Source: the human T2T-CHM13v2.0 reference genome, Homo sapiens
Assembly: GCF_009914755.1 (NCBI RefSeq)
Contig: NC_060932.1
Length of the DNA stretch: 64,000 nucleotides
Direction: 5' to 3' (one strand)
Shown: one piece after another, positions 1 through 16,448 of the stretch
Layout of the letters: every line of letters starts with the position of its first letter
How positions within the stretch are numbered: position 1 is the first letter of the stretch
The notes under the pieces: generated by a model
What the model was told of the DNA's origin: nothing
What the model saw: only the letters and a program-made list of their open reading frames with translations
Database searches by the model: none
Program-made: the position numbers and the translations under genes

Positions 1-389
1 CCATAGCTAATACAGTCACAAAGTTAGTAAAAGCCAAGCTCGCACTCCAGATCGGTCATAGTCTAAAGTCCATGCTCTCTGTATGACATTATATTTCATC
101 TATTTAAAGTATTCCCAGGGCCAGTGCTATCCTACACAAAGTTAAATTAGAAAATGGAAGATGTGGATTTTTTTCTTCTGAAAATGACCTATTGTTGTAA
201 AAGCAATAGATCTTATTCAAAGAGTCAGATAATACATACAAATACAAAAAGAAAGTAAAGTAAAAGCCCCAAGAAATCCAGAATCTAAAAATCAGTGCTA
301 ACATTATTTTCATAAACATCCTTCCAGAAAATTTGCTTCACGTGTATGTACGATAAATATTTATATTTTTATATGTTTCTGTAATTGCT

Positions 390-910
390 TTTTTGATGAG
401 ACAATTTTTCATAGATATCATTGTGCCAGTAAATATAGATCAACACCATTATTTTAGTTGACTGAGTAATATTCTATTGTACAGATGTTTCATAATTGAT
501 TTAAGCAATTCTTATAAATGGACACTAATGTTGTTTCCAATATTTAGCTCTTATAAACAAAACTGTGATTAATGTCTTTTTGTCTTACCTTTCTTGTTTG
601 AACATCACATTAAGATAATTCCAAAATGGGGATATTCACAGTATGCATAAATTACACTTTTATATATTTTGAGAAAACTGACTTCCAGGCAGGTTTTATA
701 ATTTACATTCTCAGCAATACTGTGTAAGTGAGTCAGTGTTTTCACAAACTCATCAATGTTAGGTTCTGTTAATCTTTGCGATGTTTGTCTACCTGATAAG
801 CAAATAAATGATAAATTATTATTATTTTTTGACTTCTTTGTTATTTAGCAATTGACTTTAAAAATGTTTATTGGTTATTTGTGTGTCTTCCTTTGTGGGC
901 TTCTTATGAG
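390..910 (-). mobile_element. Ancient L1M(E) 3' fragment
   Basis: AT-rich degenerate L1M motifs (aatattctattgtacagatg, atggacac...tgttgtttccaa, aatttacattctcagcaa). Confidence 0.55.
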
Positions 911-1352
911 AAATTGATATAACATAGTGTAAAAGTGTAGACTTTTTTGAATGACTGTTTCATCATTTGCTAGTTGTGCAATTTGACACACTAAAGTTAT
1001 TTAAACGATCTGAGCCTTAGTTTTTTGACCTATGATATCGGCATAATATTATTTACTTCCTAAAGTTACTGAAAAAATGAAAATAGATAATTTAGGTAAA
1101 ACTCTTAGCCTGGGATGTAATGAGGTGTTTCATAAATATTTGTTATTGTTAATGAGATCTTTTGTCTTATACATTTTAATTTGCAAAAATTTAAGAGCTC
1201 TTTAATTCTTAAGGCTATTTATCCTTTGACATTAATGTTGCAAAATGTTTTGTGTGAGTATATTTTAAACCACTAGAAATAGAGAAGAAAAAACTTGTAT
1301 AGTCATAGAAATACAGGTACTTAAACAAATTCTTTCAAAAAAATGAATCAGT

Positions 1353-1644
<292 letters not shown>

Positions 1645-1950
1645 TCAGTGTATTACGGCACCAATCTAGTCCTACAGAAGGCATTTCATCTAAAAAAAAC
1701 TGTAGAGAATCTCCAAAAGGTTCAGCTGTACTTGGCTGTTCTGATTTCTATGTTGTCATTTGCCAATGGCTGAGGTTGTTGAATCTCAGGGACTGGCTAT
1801 AGCTGTAGGGTTTTTAGCTTATAACAAAGACAGGAGTGGGGAACTCACGGTTAATTTCAGCCTCCATTTGGCCAGTGCTTCCTTTGCTGGCAAGGCCCTA
1901 ACCAACTTTTCCATACCTGGTGTTGGGGGCTGCACACTGTCATCACTTAA

Positions 1951-2250
<300 letters not shown>

Positions 2251-3221
2251 ACTGACGTCACTTAAGCGCTACTTAAAAATCATCCCTTACTCTTGCTCTT
2301 CCCTGGCCTCATGAGACACTTTCATGAGCATTGATATCGCAGCACTAAATTCTAGGTTTTTAGTAGGGAGGAGCCCTGCCTTTGACGGCCCCTCCCTCAG
2401 CCATACAGAGAGGCGCGGAGTTCTGGTTAACATTTATTTCTCTTTGCTACCATCTGGCTCCCTCTCCTTCCTCAGAGGGGTCAATGGCCTGCCCCCTTCC
2501 CTTGCTCAGACTTTTCCTGGAATGATCAGCTTTCTTCCCCTTAACTGACTGATTTGGGGCCCAGCCCGCCAGCTGCTGACAGAGGAGTGATTTGTTGATT
2601 CATGTTAACAACTATTAATAGGGCTCATCATTTCCCGGGAAACCAATAGGATGATGCTCCTCCTTGTCTTCTGTTTTGGGGGCACAGCTGATTCCTCCTC
2701 ACCACATTAAGTGGCAGCCGTTTCAATCATATTGATGCCTACCATTCAAAGTGATGCCTCTGATGTTTTGCGTGGTAACAAATTAAATATGGGAGCTGAA
2801 ATCCTGAACATGCCATTTACCTATTTTCAGGCACAGGGTGGAGCTTACTGCAAAGAGTGAGGTGCTGGGGTTTTTTATTTTGAGGCATAGATGTGTGCAT
2901 ATAGTCTGTTTGTGTGGAGTTTCACAGATAAGTGTCTATGTGTCTGACTTCTGCCTGGGTATGCATTTTTTTCCCCCTTGTCAGTTACTAAAGTCTGAAT
3001 TTCTCTCTTTATCACTAACTTTAAAATATATCCCCAGTGTTTCAGTGGAGTTAATCAGAGGACCTTATGATTTCTGGTGATTTCTGGACTCTTCCAGAAG
3101 AATGCTGCACTGTTTTAAGTGTATGCACTGGGTGGGTAGGACTGTCAGGCAGGTGAGTGAGAACAGGAAATTAACATGGACATGGGAGAAGAAAACATAA
3201 GATTCAAGATTAATTACCTCT

Positions 3222-3516
3222 GACTGGGCAAAGTGGCTCATGCCTGTAATCTCAGCACTTTGGGAAGCTGAGGAGGTAGAATTGCTTGAGGCTAGGAGTT
3301 CAAGGCCAGTCTGGGCAACATAGCAAGACCCTGTCTGTACTAAAAATATAAAAATTACCCGAGCTTGGTGGCACATGCCTATAGTCCTAGCTACTAGGGA
3401 AGCTGGGGTGGGAGGATTGCTTGAGCCCAGGAGTTTGAGGTTGCAGTGAGCTATGATTGCAACAGTGCACTCCAGCCTGGGTGACAGCATGAGACCCTGT
3501 CTCTTACAAAAAAAAA
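3222..3516 (+). mobile_element. Alu (AluJ-like)
   Basis: Full dimer, TSD aagattaattacctc / aagatcagttacctc. Confidence 0.93.
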
Positions 3517-4569
3517 GATCAGTTACCTCCAAAAGGAGATGGGATTAACATGAAGCAAGTCACCTCGTGGATAGCATTGCAGCAGGAACTGGTGGGACAT
3601 TGGACTAATGTGGTTTGCCTGTTGTTTCTTTTTTATTAAAAACAAAACAAAACAAAAAAACCACTGTTCTTTCCATCCACCCTGGCCAGCATGCTTGTAA
3701 GATGGGACATTGTTGGTGGATCTTCTCTTCTGACACTGTGACTCCTCAGGTCTCCCGCTGGGGTCCTGAGCCCCATGACTGCTGACCGTGACTGCTGTGT
3801 GGAAGCTGGTGGTCCTGCCCTGGGATGTGCATGTCTTTCTGTGTGTCTGCTGGAGGATGCTTGCTTGTCTGTGTGTGCATGTGTATTTCTGTGTAGGTGC
3901 ATTTCAGAATGTTTGCAGCTTGTCTGGGAGTTGCTGATTTGCCAAGTGTGGTGCAAAGCCACAGAGGGAGAAAAAACTTTCCTAAGGACAGATTTGTAAT
4001 GGCTTCACAAAGTGGATGGAAGTCAAATAAGACAGCCAGGAGAAGCAGCTTATGCATTGATTGCTTCCTGCGCACCACTTAAGTGAGTTGGCAGCCCGAG
4101 CTTCAGTGAGTGGTGCACCTGATTGATTGATTTAACATTACAGCCTCCAAAAATTGTGGAGGAGCTGTAATTGTTGCTGGAGGTGGCTGTCAGCTTCACG
4201 CTGAGTGAGTGACTGGTGTTTGAGAGATCCCTGGGGCCCTCTCGCTGGCCCTGTGTGAGGGGCTCCCTCCATGCTTCGCTGGCACTGCTGTTGCTTGGCG
4301 GACCCCTCGGCGACCACTTGGTTTAAGGGCTTTGGAGGCTAATGTGCAGGCAACACACACACAAACACACGTGGGTGCACACAGTCACACACAGGCACAG
4401 GCACATCACATCTGTTTGGGTTTCTGTTAAAATGACCTGGAAAATGGTCTCATTAGACATTTACCTTTACTGCCTCTTACCTTTATTTCCCTGGCCATAG
4501 GGCAATTGGGTCATAGGGTCACAGGGAAGTTAGGTCAAGCCCCAGACTTGAGCACAGCAAGATGATGAC

Positions 4570-4880
4570 TTTTTGTTGTTGTTGTTGTTTTGTTTGTTTG
4601 TTTTTGAGACAAAGTCTCACTCTGTTGTCCAGGCTGGAGTGCAGTGGCATGATCACAGCTCACTGTATCCTCGACCTCCCCAGGCTCAGGTGATCCTCCC
4701 ATCTCAGCCTCCCGAGTAGCTGGAACCACAGATGCATACCTCCGTGCTTGGCAAATTTTTAACTTTTTTGCAGAGATGGGGTCTCGACATGTTGCCCAGG
4801 CTGATCTCAAACTCCTGGGCTCAAGTAACTCTCCTGCCTTCCAAAATGCTGGGATTATAGGCGTGAACCACTGGCCCTGA
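4570..4880 (-). mobile_element. Alu (AluJ-like) with (TTG)n/(TTTG)n tail
   Basis: Dimer on the minus strand. Confidence 0.92.
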
Positions 4881-5582
4881 CTAGATCTTGGCCATCTGTA
4901 TAGTTTGGCATATTTGGAGTTGACTCACAGTGTAGGAGCAAGGATAAGGACACCATTTGTTTAGCTATCTATTTATTTATTTGAGCAGAGTCATAGAAAG
5001 AGTCCCTGACACAGGGACTAGAAGGGAGGGAGCAAAGGGTGTTCCACACAAAGGAATGAGGTGCAGACAATCAGGAAGTGTGTGCACCTGCAGAGGACCT
5101 TACAGGACAGGTAAAGGTGGGGCAGTCAAGGAAGCCACTTTGAATTGTTCCTGGAGCCCCACTGTTTTCTCAGGAAGTAGCTGCTGAGTAATGTGAATCC
5201 AAGACCACTGGCCCTTAAACTCCCTAAGCTGATGAATGATATTCCATTATTTTGCCTCTTGGTTTAGGGTTTTGGATACTTTAAAATTCAAATATCCCTG
5301 GGGGAGGAAGTATTTTCATTTTTTTCCCCACTCATTTACACCTTTCTGGAAGTTGGCTTATTAGATCTTCTCCCTAGAACATGTTTTGAGTGGGTGAGGG
5401 CAAGTGGGTGGTGGATGTAAGGAGGAATCTGCAGGAGTGAATTAGCTTGTTCTCTAAGGGGATTGATGAGGTAATTCATCATCTAACTGACTATATCTTC
5501 TGGTAACTATGGCTGTTCTCTAGAGTGGTAGCAAATGTGGTTGGGTGGACATGGGATGGATGACCACTCATAAAGAGTAACC

Positions 5583-5909
<327 letters not shown>

Positions 5910-6843
5910 TTAATCTCAATTTCTTTTGGATTTGTTGCATTGCATGGGGAAACTGAGGGCCTAGGAAATGCTTCAGAATGATTCTTGCTAAACATGGCCT
6001 GAACAATTTCAGGCCAATGACACTGATAAATGACACATTCCTCAGGGCAGGCTCATCCTCAGGGCAGGGTCCCGGGCCGTGTGTGAGATGCGTGGTCTGT
6101 GCTTTCAGCACGTCATCTACTCCCACTCCTCCTGCTTTGCCACTTTCCTGCAAACCCCTGATCTTCTCTAAACCTCCTCCAGTGGCAGCCTTCCCTACTT
6201 CCCTAGCTAATGTGATAGCAATTTCATCCTTTAAGTCGCTCAGGACCAATACCTGGACACTCACTGCTTCAGAAGGTCCTGGGATATATACCTCCAGAGG
6301 ACCTTGGGGTTCTACCCTCAGCCTCCAGACACACGGTGTCTGAAAATCACACCTCCAACATGGTCACCATGATTCATCTACTGTCAGCTCTTGCCTGGAT
6401 CACTACAAAGTCTTCTGAGAAGCTCTCCTGCTTCTTCCACCCTTGTCTCCATAGACTAGCATCTGTTCTTAGCACCACAGACAAAGTGATCCGTGTAAAT
6501 CATAATCCAGGTTGTGCCACTTCTCTGGCTCCCAACCTAGCAACAGCTCCCTATTTCAAGGGTGAAACCAGACTTAGAGTGGCCCACGAGGCCCTACACG
6601 ATTGAACCCTTAAACCCTTGCTTCTCCTTCCTTCCATTCGATTCTCCTTGCACATTCAGCTCCCTGTTCTTCCTGGAGCAGCTCAGGATGTGTTTGTATG
6701 CTCCTACCGTGGATCCTTTGCTCTAGCTGTACCCTTCGCCTAGAAATTTCTCCATCGACATCTGCTTGGCTCCCTCCCTCACTCCTTCCACTCCACTCAC
6801 ATGCCATCTTCTTGGTTAGCATTTCCCTGACCATCCTATTTAA

Positions 6844-7332
<489 letters not shown>

Positions 7333-7548
7333 TAATGCATAACTTACCTAATTAGTATGTTAATATTTCATTATCCGTCTCCTTCCACCAGAATGGAAGT
7401 TCTATGAACTCCTCCTTTGGTTAGTAATGTATTCTGAATACCTCGAAGAGCAGTTGGCATACCATAGGTGCTCAGTGTGTATTTGTTACTTGCTTTTTGA
7501 TGATTCTCTCTCTTAGTTAGCTGCCTCTGTCTTAAAAAATTTTCATGT

Positions 7549-7850
7549 GGCCGGGCGCAATGGCTCACACCTGTAACCCTGGCACCTTGGGAGGCTGAGG
7601 CAGGCAGATCTCTTGAGCCTGGGGGTTCAAGACCAGCCTAAGCGACATAGTGATACCTAGTCTCTATAAAATATTAAAAAAAAAATTAGCTGGGCATGGT
7701 GACACACACCTCTAGTCCCAGCTACTCATCAGGCTGAGGTGGAAGGATTACTTGAACCCAGGAGTTTGAGGCTGTGTTGAGCCACAATTGTGCCACTGCA
7801 TTCAAGCCTGGGCAATAGAGTGAGACCCTGTCTCAGAAAAAAAAAAAAAA
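7549..7850 (+). mobile_element. Alu (AluJ-like)
   Basis: Full dimer with A tail. Confidence 0.93.
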
Positions 7851-8109
7851 TTACCATTTGACTCTCAGGTTTCTAGCAGGCCATGGGGCAGAGAGTTTTC
7901 AATGGTGAAAGAAAGAGCTTATATCTCAAATAGGTAGCATGAGTGGTGTGGTCTGGGCTAGCCCTGTCTGCTTCAGAACAGCAGCCAAGAATCCTCATCC
8001 CCAGTCTGTGCCCCAAATTCTATATGCTATTTTTCTATTACTAATTAAACAAACATGGGCTGTATGTCTCTATGTATTACTTCATTTTAACCAATGCCAC
8101 ATTTCTGTC

Positions 8110-8256
8110 TGGAAGATATTATCATCCTCATTTTATAGATAGGATCCCCAAGGGCCAGAGAAACCAAGTAACTTGCCCAAGTGTGACTGCTAGCAGGTGA
8201 CCAAGACTGTGATAGGGATTACAGTTCATATCTTTTCAGTCCAAGTTTAATGCTCT
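8110..8256 (-). mobile_element. MIR fragment
   Basis: tcatcctcattttatagatagg...aagtaacttgcccaag core. Confidence 0.65.
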
Positions 8257-8274
8257 TAAAAAAAAAAGCCCCCC

Positions 8275-9030
<756 letters not shown>

Positions 9031-9925
9031 GCACATTTTAATACATCAGATTCCTCTTGGGTTCAAAGAAATTACCCTCTATGACCCAGAGTCAGAATGC
9101 AATTAACCATTCCTAATTTTGTTATTGTAATGTATTTGTCTAGTGGACATTTATAAGATGCCTAATTATAGCTGATTGTGCACATATAATATGATTCCAT
9201 TCATTCTGATTTCCTTCCCCCAGCCCTCAACCTTTTGTAAAGATGGACCCCCTCCTAAGCCCATAGCAAAAGAACTCTGAGCTGGTGACTCCCTTATAAG
9301 TAATGAGGGGTAAATGTAAGATAAACAAGATGGGGAAAAGAAGCCAGAGAGAGGGAGGGGAGTGCAGACACAGGGACATGGTGACCTCCGATTATCCAAA
9401 GCTGTTTCTCTAACACATTTTTGTGCTATGACCGCCTGCTGTCTACAATCTGCACGCTGCCTTCACTCCTCCTAATTAAAGCCAGCAGGCTAGGATGGAA
9501 AAAAATAATCTCAAGCCAAGAGGGTGGGGTAGGGAGAAAGCAATAGCTTCTTTTCTTTTTTGGGGGGAGATTCTGAGCTTGTTCTAGGCTAGGTGAAGCT
9601 GCCCCAAAGGACATACCCAGGAAATTAAAACCCAGGGTTGTCAAAGGTATCATTTGAATTTACTGCATTCCATTTTGCTGAGGCCTCTGGACTGTGGCTC
9701 AGCATGCTGGAAGAAAGGGAATGACAGATGAGGGAAACTTAGACGTTGTCAGGCTGACATGAGACATGAGAGTCCGCATGACTCTCTCCTGGCCCTAACT
9801 ATTCATGGAGTCTCAATGGGAGGAAATAGGTATTCAGAAATGACTACATTTGCCATTACTCTCCTTTTTTTTTGTCTACTAGACTACTAGGTGGTCTCAA
9901 ATTTTGGTGGACATCGAATCACCTG

Positions 9926-10306
9926 TGTATTAGTACATTCTCTCATTGCTATAAAGAACTACCTGAAACTGGGTAATTTATAAAGAGAAGAGGTGTAATT
10001 GACTCACAGTTCTGCAGGCTGTACAGGAGGCCTGGCTGAGGAGGCCTCAGGAAACTTACAATTATGGCGCAAAGGTGAAGGGGACGCAAGCACATCTTCA
10101 TGTGGTGGCAGGAGAGAGAATGAAGGGGTAAGTGCTAGACACTTTTAAACAACCAGATCTTGTGACAACTCACTCACTATTATAAGAACAGCAAGGGGGA
10201 TATCTGCCCCTATGAGTCAATCACCTCCCACCAGGTCCCTCTCACAACACTGGGGATTATAATTCAACATGAGATTTGGGTAGGGACACAGACCCAAACC
10301 ATATCA
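9926..10306 (-). mobile_element. MSTA-like MaLR solo LTR inserted in MER5A
   Basis: tgtattag...ccatatca ends, 5-bp TSD acctg (9921-9925 / 10307-10311). Confidence 0.92.
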
Positions 10307-10351
10307 ACCTGGAAGACTGATTAAAACACAAATAATCAGGATCCACCCCAG

Positions 10352-10705
<354 letters not shown>

Positions 10706-11063
10706 TTCACCCCAGGGTTTCTGATTCAGTAGAATCAGGGTGGGTTTCAAGAATGTGCATTTCTAACAAGTTCCTGGGCGATGCTGATGCTGGTGGTCTG
10801 GGACCACACTTTGAGAACCAGTGCTCTAAACCAGCTGTTCCCAAACTTTCACATGTATGGGCCTTCAGAATCATCCATTATTTGATTTTCTCGATTGGCA
10901 TTAGCTCACAAACATGGAGCTGACATGTACTTGCAAGAGAGAGAAGGTTTTCAGTGCAGGGCATTCTGAGCTAACATGATCCCTCTGTCAGCAGGCAGTG
11001 ATACTTCTATCCACAAAGGCCTGGGTGAAGGAGTTAAGCTCCTTTTAAATCATGTTGGACTGG

Positions 11064-11365
11064 GCCAGGCATGGTGGCCCATGCCTATAGTTCCAGCTAC
11101 TCAGGAGGCTGAGGCAGGAGAATGGCTTGAGCCCAGGAGTTTTGGGCTGTAGTGCACTATGCCAGTTGGGTGCCCATACTAAGTTTGACATCAATATGGT
11201 GACCTCCCAGGAGTGGTGGGCCACCAGGTTGCCTAAGGAAGGGTGAACTGGCTCAAGCTGAAAACGGAGCAGGTGAAAACTCCCACGCTGATCAGTAGTG
11301 GGATCACATCTGTAAATAGCCACTGCACCCCAGCCTGGACAAGCCACAAAAAAACAAAAAAACAC
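11064..11365 (+). pseudogene. 7SL (SRP) RNA processed pseudogene (RN7SL-P type)
   Basis: Alu-domain start followed by the 7SL S-domain that Alus lack (catcaatatggtgacctccc...ccaccaggttgcctaagga.gggtgaac...aaacggagcaggt.aaaactccc..gctgatcagtagtgggatc). Lacks the last ~17 nt, then an A-rich tail. TSD atgttggactgg (11052-11063) / atgttggattgg (11369-11380). Heavy CpG decay. Confidence 0.95.
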
Positions 11366-11646
11366 AAAATGTTGGATTGGGCAATGAGGAGGTTGGGGTT
11401 GAACCTATTTCCACTATGGGATAGCAGAAAGAGCATATGTGGTTTGAGAGTTAGTCAGGCATGTTCCATTCAATTCCTAGCTCTGCCTCTTATGGTGGAT
11501 TAGCTTTGAATGTGTTATTTAACTCATTTGTGCTTCCATTTCCTATCTGTAAATTTTATTTATTCCACAAACATTTATTAAGCACATGCTGTCTTTCCAG
11601 CTTCTGGGGATACAGTGGACACAGTCTCTGCCTCATGGAACTTATA

Positions 11647-11795
11647 CTGTGGTCCCAGCTTCTTGGTAGGCTTAGGCAAGAGGATTGCTTGAGCCCAGGA
11701 GTTTGAGGCTGCAGTGAGCCACGATTGTACCGTTGCACTCCAGCCTGGGTGACAGCGTGAGACCTTGTCTCAAAAACAAAGAAATAAACAAACAA
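11647..11795 (+). mobile_element. Alu right monomer (FRAM or truncated AluJ)
   Basis: ctgtggtcccagct...gtgagaccttgtctc plus A-rich tail. Confidence 0.88.
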
Positions 11796-12222
11796 ATCCT
11801 CCCTGCATTTGTATCCCCTAAATCTACAAAAAACAAACAAACAAAAACAAAAAAACTAAAAGTACCTAAAAAAAAAGAATGTCTTACCATAATTTATGAG
11901 ATTTTAAGTGAATGGTTTGTCTTTTCTCCCTGAGCTGTTCATGGTATCATCTCTAAGGTATAAATGACACATCATTTGACTCTTTCCTTTGACCAGATTT
12001 GATGGAGAGAACAAGGTAAAAGCATAAGGGCCAGTTGAGGGGAAGGTGGAAGAAGAAAACAATTCCATACTTTGCACCCTCGTAGGGAAAGGGCATGGAT
12101 TTTGCTGCAGACAGGCTCAAGATTGAATTCTAGTAACTCCACTTAAACTTTGTGCAAATTGTTTAAGCTGTCTTTGTCATCCATGAAATGAAAATACCAC
12201 TACTACTAATACCTATTTTGTA

Positions 12223-12540
12223 GGCTAGGAATGGTGGTTCATGTCCGCAATCCCAGCACTTTGAGAGGTTGAGGCGGGAGGATCACTTGAGATCAGGAGT
12301 TGAAGACCAGCCTGGCCAACTGTGTCTACAAAACCCTGTGTCTACAAAAAATACAAAAATTAGCTGGGCGTGGTGGCAGGTGCCTGTAATCCCAGCTACT
12401 CAGGAGGCTGAGGTAAGAGACTCACTTGAATTTGACAGGTGGAGGTTGCAGTGAGCTGAGATCATGCCATTGCACAATCTGGGTGACAGAGTGAGACCCT
12501 TTTCTCCAAAATACACCCCAAAAAACAAAAAGCCCAAAAA
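12223..12540 (+). mobile_element. Alu
   Basis: Dimer, TSD core acctatttt. Confidence 0.92.
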
Positions 12541-14970
12541 CCTATTTTACAAAGCTATAGTAGAAGAATGAACAAGTTCTGGTCTGAAGTATCTACTCAA
12601 TAAATACTTATTATTTGGCATGTCGTTTAGTGCCTTTTTCTTACCACTTTCCTCTCTGTTGATTCCTCTCTGCTCAGGTGAGAAATTTCTCTGCTGTCTG
12701 GGCTTCACCTTTTAGGGAAGAAAGATATAAGATATTATGCTAATTTGCATTAAGGTTTGGGGCACAATAAGTCACATGGTACCTTTCCCATGAATGTTGC
12801 ATTTTAAAAGAGAGTATCCCATGGAGAAGGCAATGTTTAACACGCAAGCTGGAATTTCAGGGTTCTACAGCAAAACTAATTTGAAGTGATGGTGGGCAGA
12901 GGAGCTCTACTAGTATTGGTCAAAACACCTCTCAAGATCACCAATTTCGTTCTCATTCCTGGATCCTAGGAGGTGGGTATTTGCATTGTCTTTAATTGCC
13001 ATGCTCATAGGGTCGAGGGAGGCCTTTTTATCTGGGGAGTCAGGCAGGCAAAACACTTCCTGGGCCTTAACAGGTTTTATTAGTTTCTGTCCAGTCATTT
13101 GGTGGTGGTGATGGTGCTGCTGGAGGTAGTATGTGTATGCGTGTGGATTTATAGTTGTTTATTACTCTAGTGGTAGAAATGGGGGCTATGGGCCATGGTG
13201 AAGTGGTCGGGCAGGGAAGGAGCCAGAAAGGAAACATTTGGGCTGTCCTTGAATGAAGAACTGGAGTCCAGCAGGCTGGAAGGACATTTCGGGCAGAAGG
13301 AGGAGCATGAACAAAGGCATTTACTAAGAAAGCATCCCTTGGGATGGAGGGGAGGGCTGGAGTGTCTGTAAAGCTGCTGGCCTCTGGCCCTGGGGGGGTT
13401 CCCATCCCCACCCTGTCCATTTCATGGCCTTCCAAACCAGTGCGCAGTTAGCAATTCATTGTCTTGAAGGACAAACACATTGCCCTTTCTTTACTTCAAT
13501 GCTGCATTCTTTAGGTGTCGGGTCCCACACAGCCAAGGCTTGGGGACTCTGTCCACGCATGCCTTTTTGAGAGGCAAACGTAACCTTTTTGGTCTCTGGG
13601 TGACTAACCTCTGTGATTGTTTTGCTCATTTGCTATAAATGACTATCTCTACCACTTGGTTAATTATGTGATTACAGCAGCCAGTGACAAGGAGAAAATT
13701 AAAAATCCATGCTGCATTTTCTATAACACTTTTGCTCTATGCAAAAGAGGGCAAATGCAATTTAGCTGAGCTGCGGTGAACAAGAGCTGCTTCCTTCCCC
13801 TCGTTTCAGCCCCTCCCTCGTCCTCCCCTGGAGAGAAGCTGTGTTAGCAGATGACTAAAGCTGGGAAGAGAGCAGGTGTGGAAGGAAACATAAATTACCA
13901 TTATCCCTGACAATTCTGGACAGTGCCACCCACGGAGCAGCAGCTCAGCCAGACATTTCCCCCTGATTTCAGGAAAGACCAGTAAGTTGTGGGCTTCTGC
14001 TAAGTGCATTAGTGTAGAACAAGGTTTCAGCTTGGGCTCCATATTTAATCTTTATTTCTTTATGATGCCCTGCTATAGTTGTGCCTCTTCTGAAAAATCC
14101 AAGATACAGAAAGGGGAGGTACTGCTAACACGGAGCGAGTACAGTTCTTGGAGCCAAGACACCTGAGTTCTTGGAGTCAAGATAATCTGCCACTTACCTG
14201 GTGTCTGAGGCGGGGCCATTGCTTATTCTATCTAAGCTTCAGTTTTCTCACTTATAAATTAGGGATTTTAAAGCACCCTTTCTCCTCTCTCACATTTAAC
14301 ATCTCTGAAATCAGGCTACCCTGATGATGGTTGCATTTTAGCATGTGTCAAAAGTTTAATTGACTTCACTTTTTTAAACAGTGTTCCATTAAATAATATT
14401 GGGTCTCTGAATTGGCATTTTAGACTTGATGAAATAAGGTCCTGTGCAGGCTGGTTGTAGAGATTTAAAGAAGAAATATATGTTATCTATGTGACTCTCT
14501 ATGCTATTGTCAGACCCCCTAGGATATGAATTCTAATCCAGGCTCCCTTGTGTCACCTAGACAAGTTATTCAAAATTGATCCCCTCACCTAGAAAATGAA
14601 ACAACCTCCAAACTCTCCATAAGAATTAGCCTAAAGCAGTCTAGGGCCAAGGAACTAAACAAAGCTTAGGGGTCAATAGTATCCGCACCATCTCTATCCT
14701 CGTCTACACATATTTGTGGATGCAAAGATTCCCAGGAGTTACAAAGGTCAAAGTTAGAAAAGTTACAACTATTCCTGGGAGTTACAAAGCCTGGTCACAG
14801 GTGAGGTTTAGGGTTTATGGGTGTGAGCGGCATACATGTTTAGTTTATGTGTGTTGCTATAACAAAATGCTACAGGCTGGGTAATTTATAAGCCAGAGAA
14901 ATTCATCTCTCATAGTTTTGGAGGCTGGGAAGTCCAAGATGAAGGTACTGGCAGATTCTATGTCTGGTGA

Positions 14971-15379
<409 letters not shown>

Positions 15380-15381
15380 CC

Positions 15382-15679
15382 TTTTATTTTATTTTTAAGA
15401 GACAGGGTCTTGCTGTGCTGTCCAGGCTGGAGTGTAGTGGTGCAATAATAACTCACTCCAGCCTTGAACTCCTGGTTTGAGCCATCCTTCTGCCTCGGCC
15501 TTCCAGGTAGCTGAGACCACAGGTATGTGTCGCCATGCCTGGCTAATTTATTTTATTTTGTAGAGACAGAGGCTCTCACTATGTAGCCTAGGCTGGTCTG
15601 GAACTCCTAGGCTTAAGTGATACTCTCACCTCAGCCTCTCGAGTAGCTGAGATTATAGGTTTGAGCCACTGCACCCAGC
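15382..15679 (-). mobile_element. Alu (AluJ-like)
   Basis: Full dimer directly adjacent to the previous Alu. Confidence 0.9.
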
Positions 15680-16136
15680 ATAAAGTTCTTTTGTAAGAGT
15701 CCCCACCTTCATGACTTAATCACCTCCTAAAGGCCATACCTCTCTATCAAATTGGTAATTAGGTTTCGACATATGATTTTTGGGGGAAACATTCAGACCA
15801 TTGCATATGGCACAGTAAATTAATGTAAGGTGGAGTAGGATACATGTAATAATTGAGGTGTAAAAAGGCATTGCTTGTGAATAGAAGAGGTAATTTCAGC
15901 AGACAGGTTCAGGAAATATAACACTGGTTTTGAGTCTTGAATTATGTCTAGAGTTCCAAAAAACGCAGGAATAAGGGAAATGAACAATGAAGCACATTTG
16001 AAAAGAGTAGGTTGTGCTCGAGAGGTGACAAATTATCTACTTTGACTCTAGAGCATTTGGGGGCTAGGAGTGTTTGAAGGGGTTGGAGTGTTTTGGGGCA
16101 GAGAAAAAGCTATGATGGGAACTAGGTAACTGACAT

Positions 16137-16448
16137 CACTGTCTGCCTGCTTGCTCAAGCCACGCACCTTGAAGTAATCTCTGAAGTCTTTCATTCTTCT
16201 TTTTCCTTTTCCTCCCACAAGTGATCCTAGAGTAGATTCTGTAAAATCCTACCCCTCTTGCATATCATACCTCGGTTCAACTCTTTCCATCTCTCTTGCT
16301 GTCACTCTGGTCCAGGCCACCTCCACATCTCACTTGAAATCTGCAGGGGCTTCCAACTGAGTTCCTTGCCTCGTCCCTTGCCCCCAGCTCAATCTCTTCT
16401 TCTTAGGGTAGCCAAACTGACCCATCTAGGCTGAATATCACATTAGTT
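16137..16448 (+). mobile_element. L2 fragment, left of the VENTX insertion
   Basis: ctctggtccaggccacctccacatctcacttgaa... L2 motif, collinear with the right piece. Confidence 0.7.
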
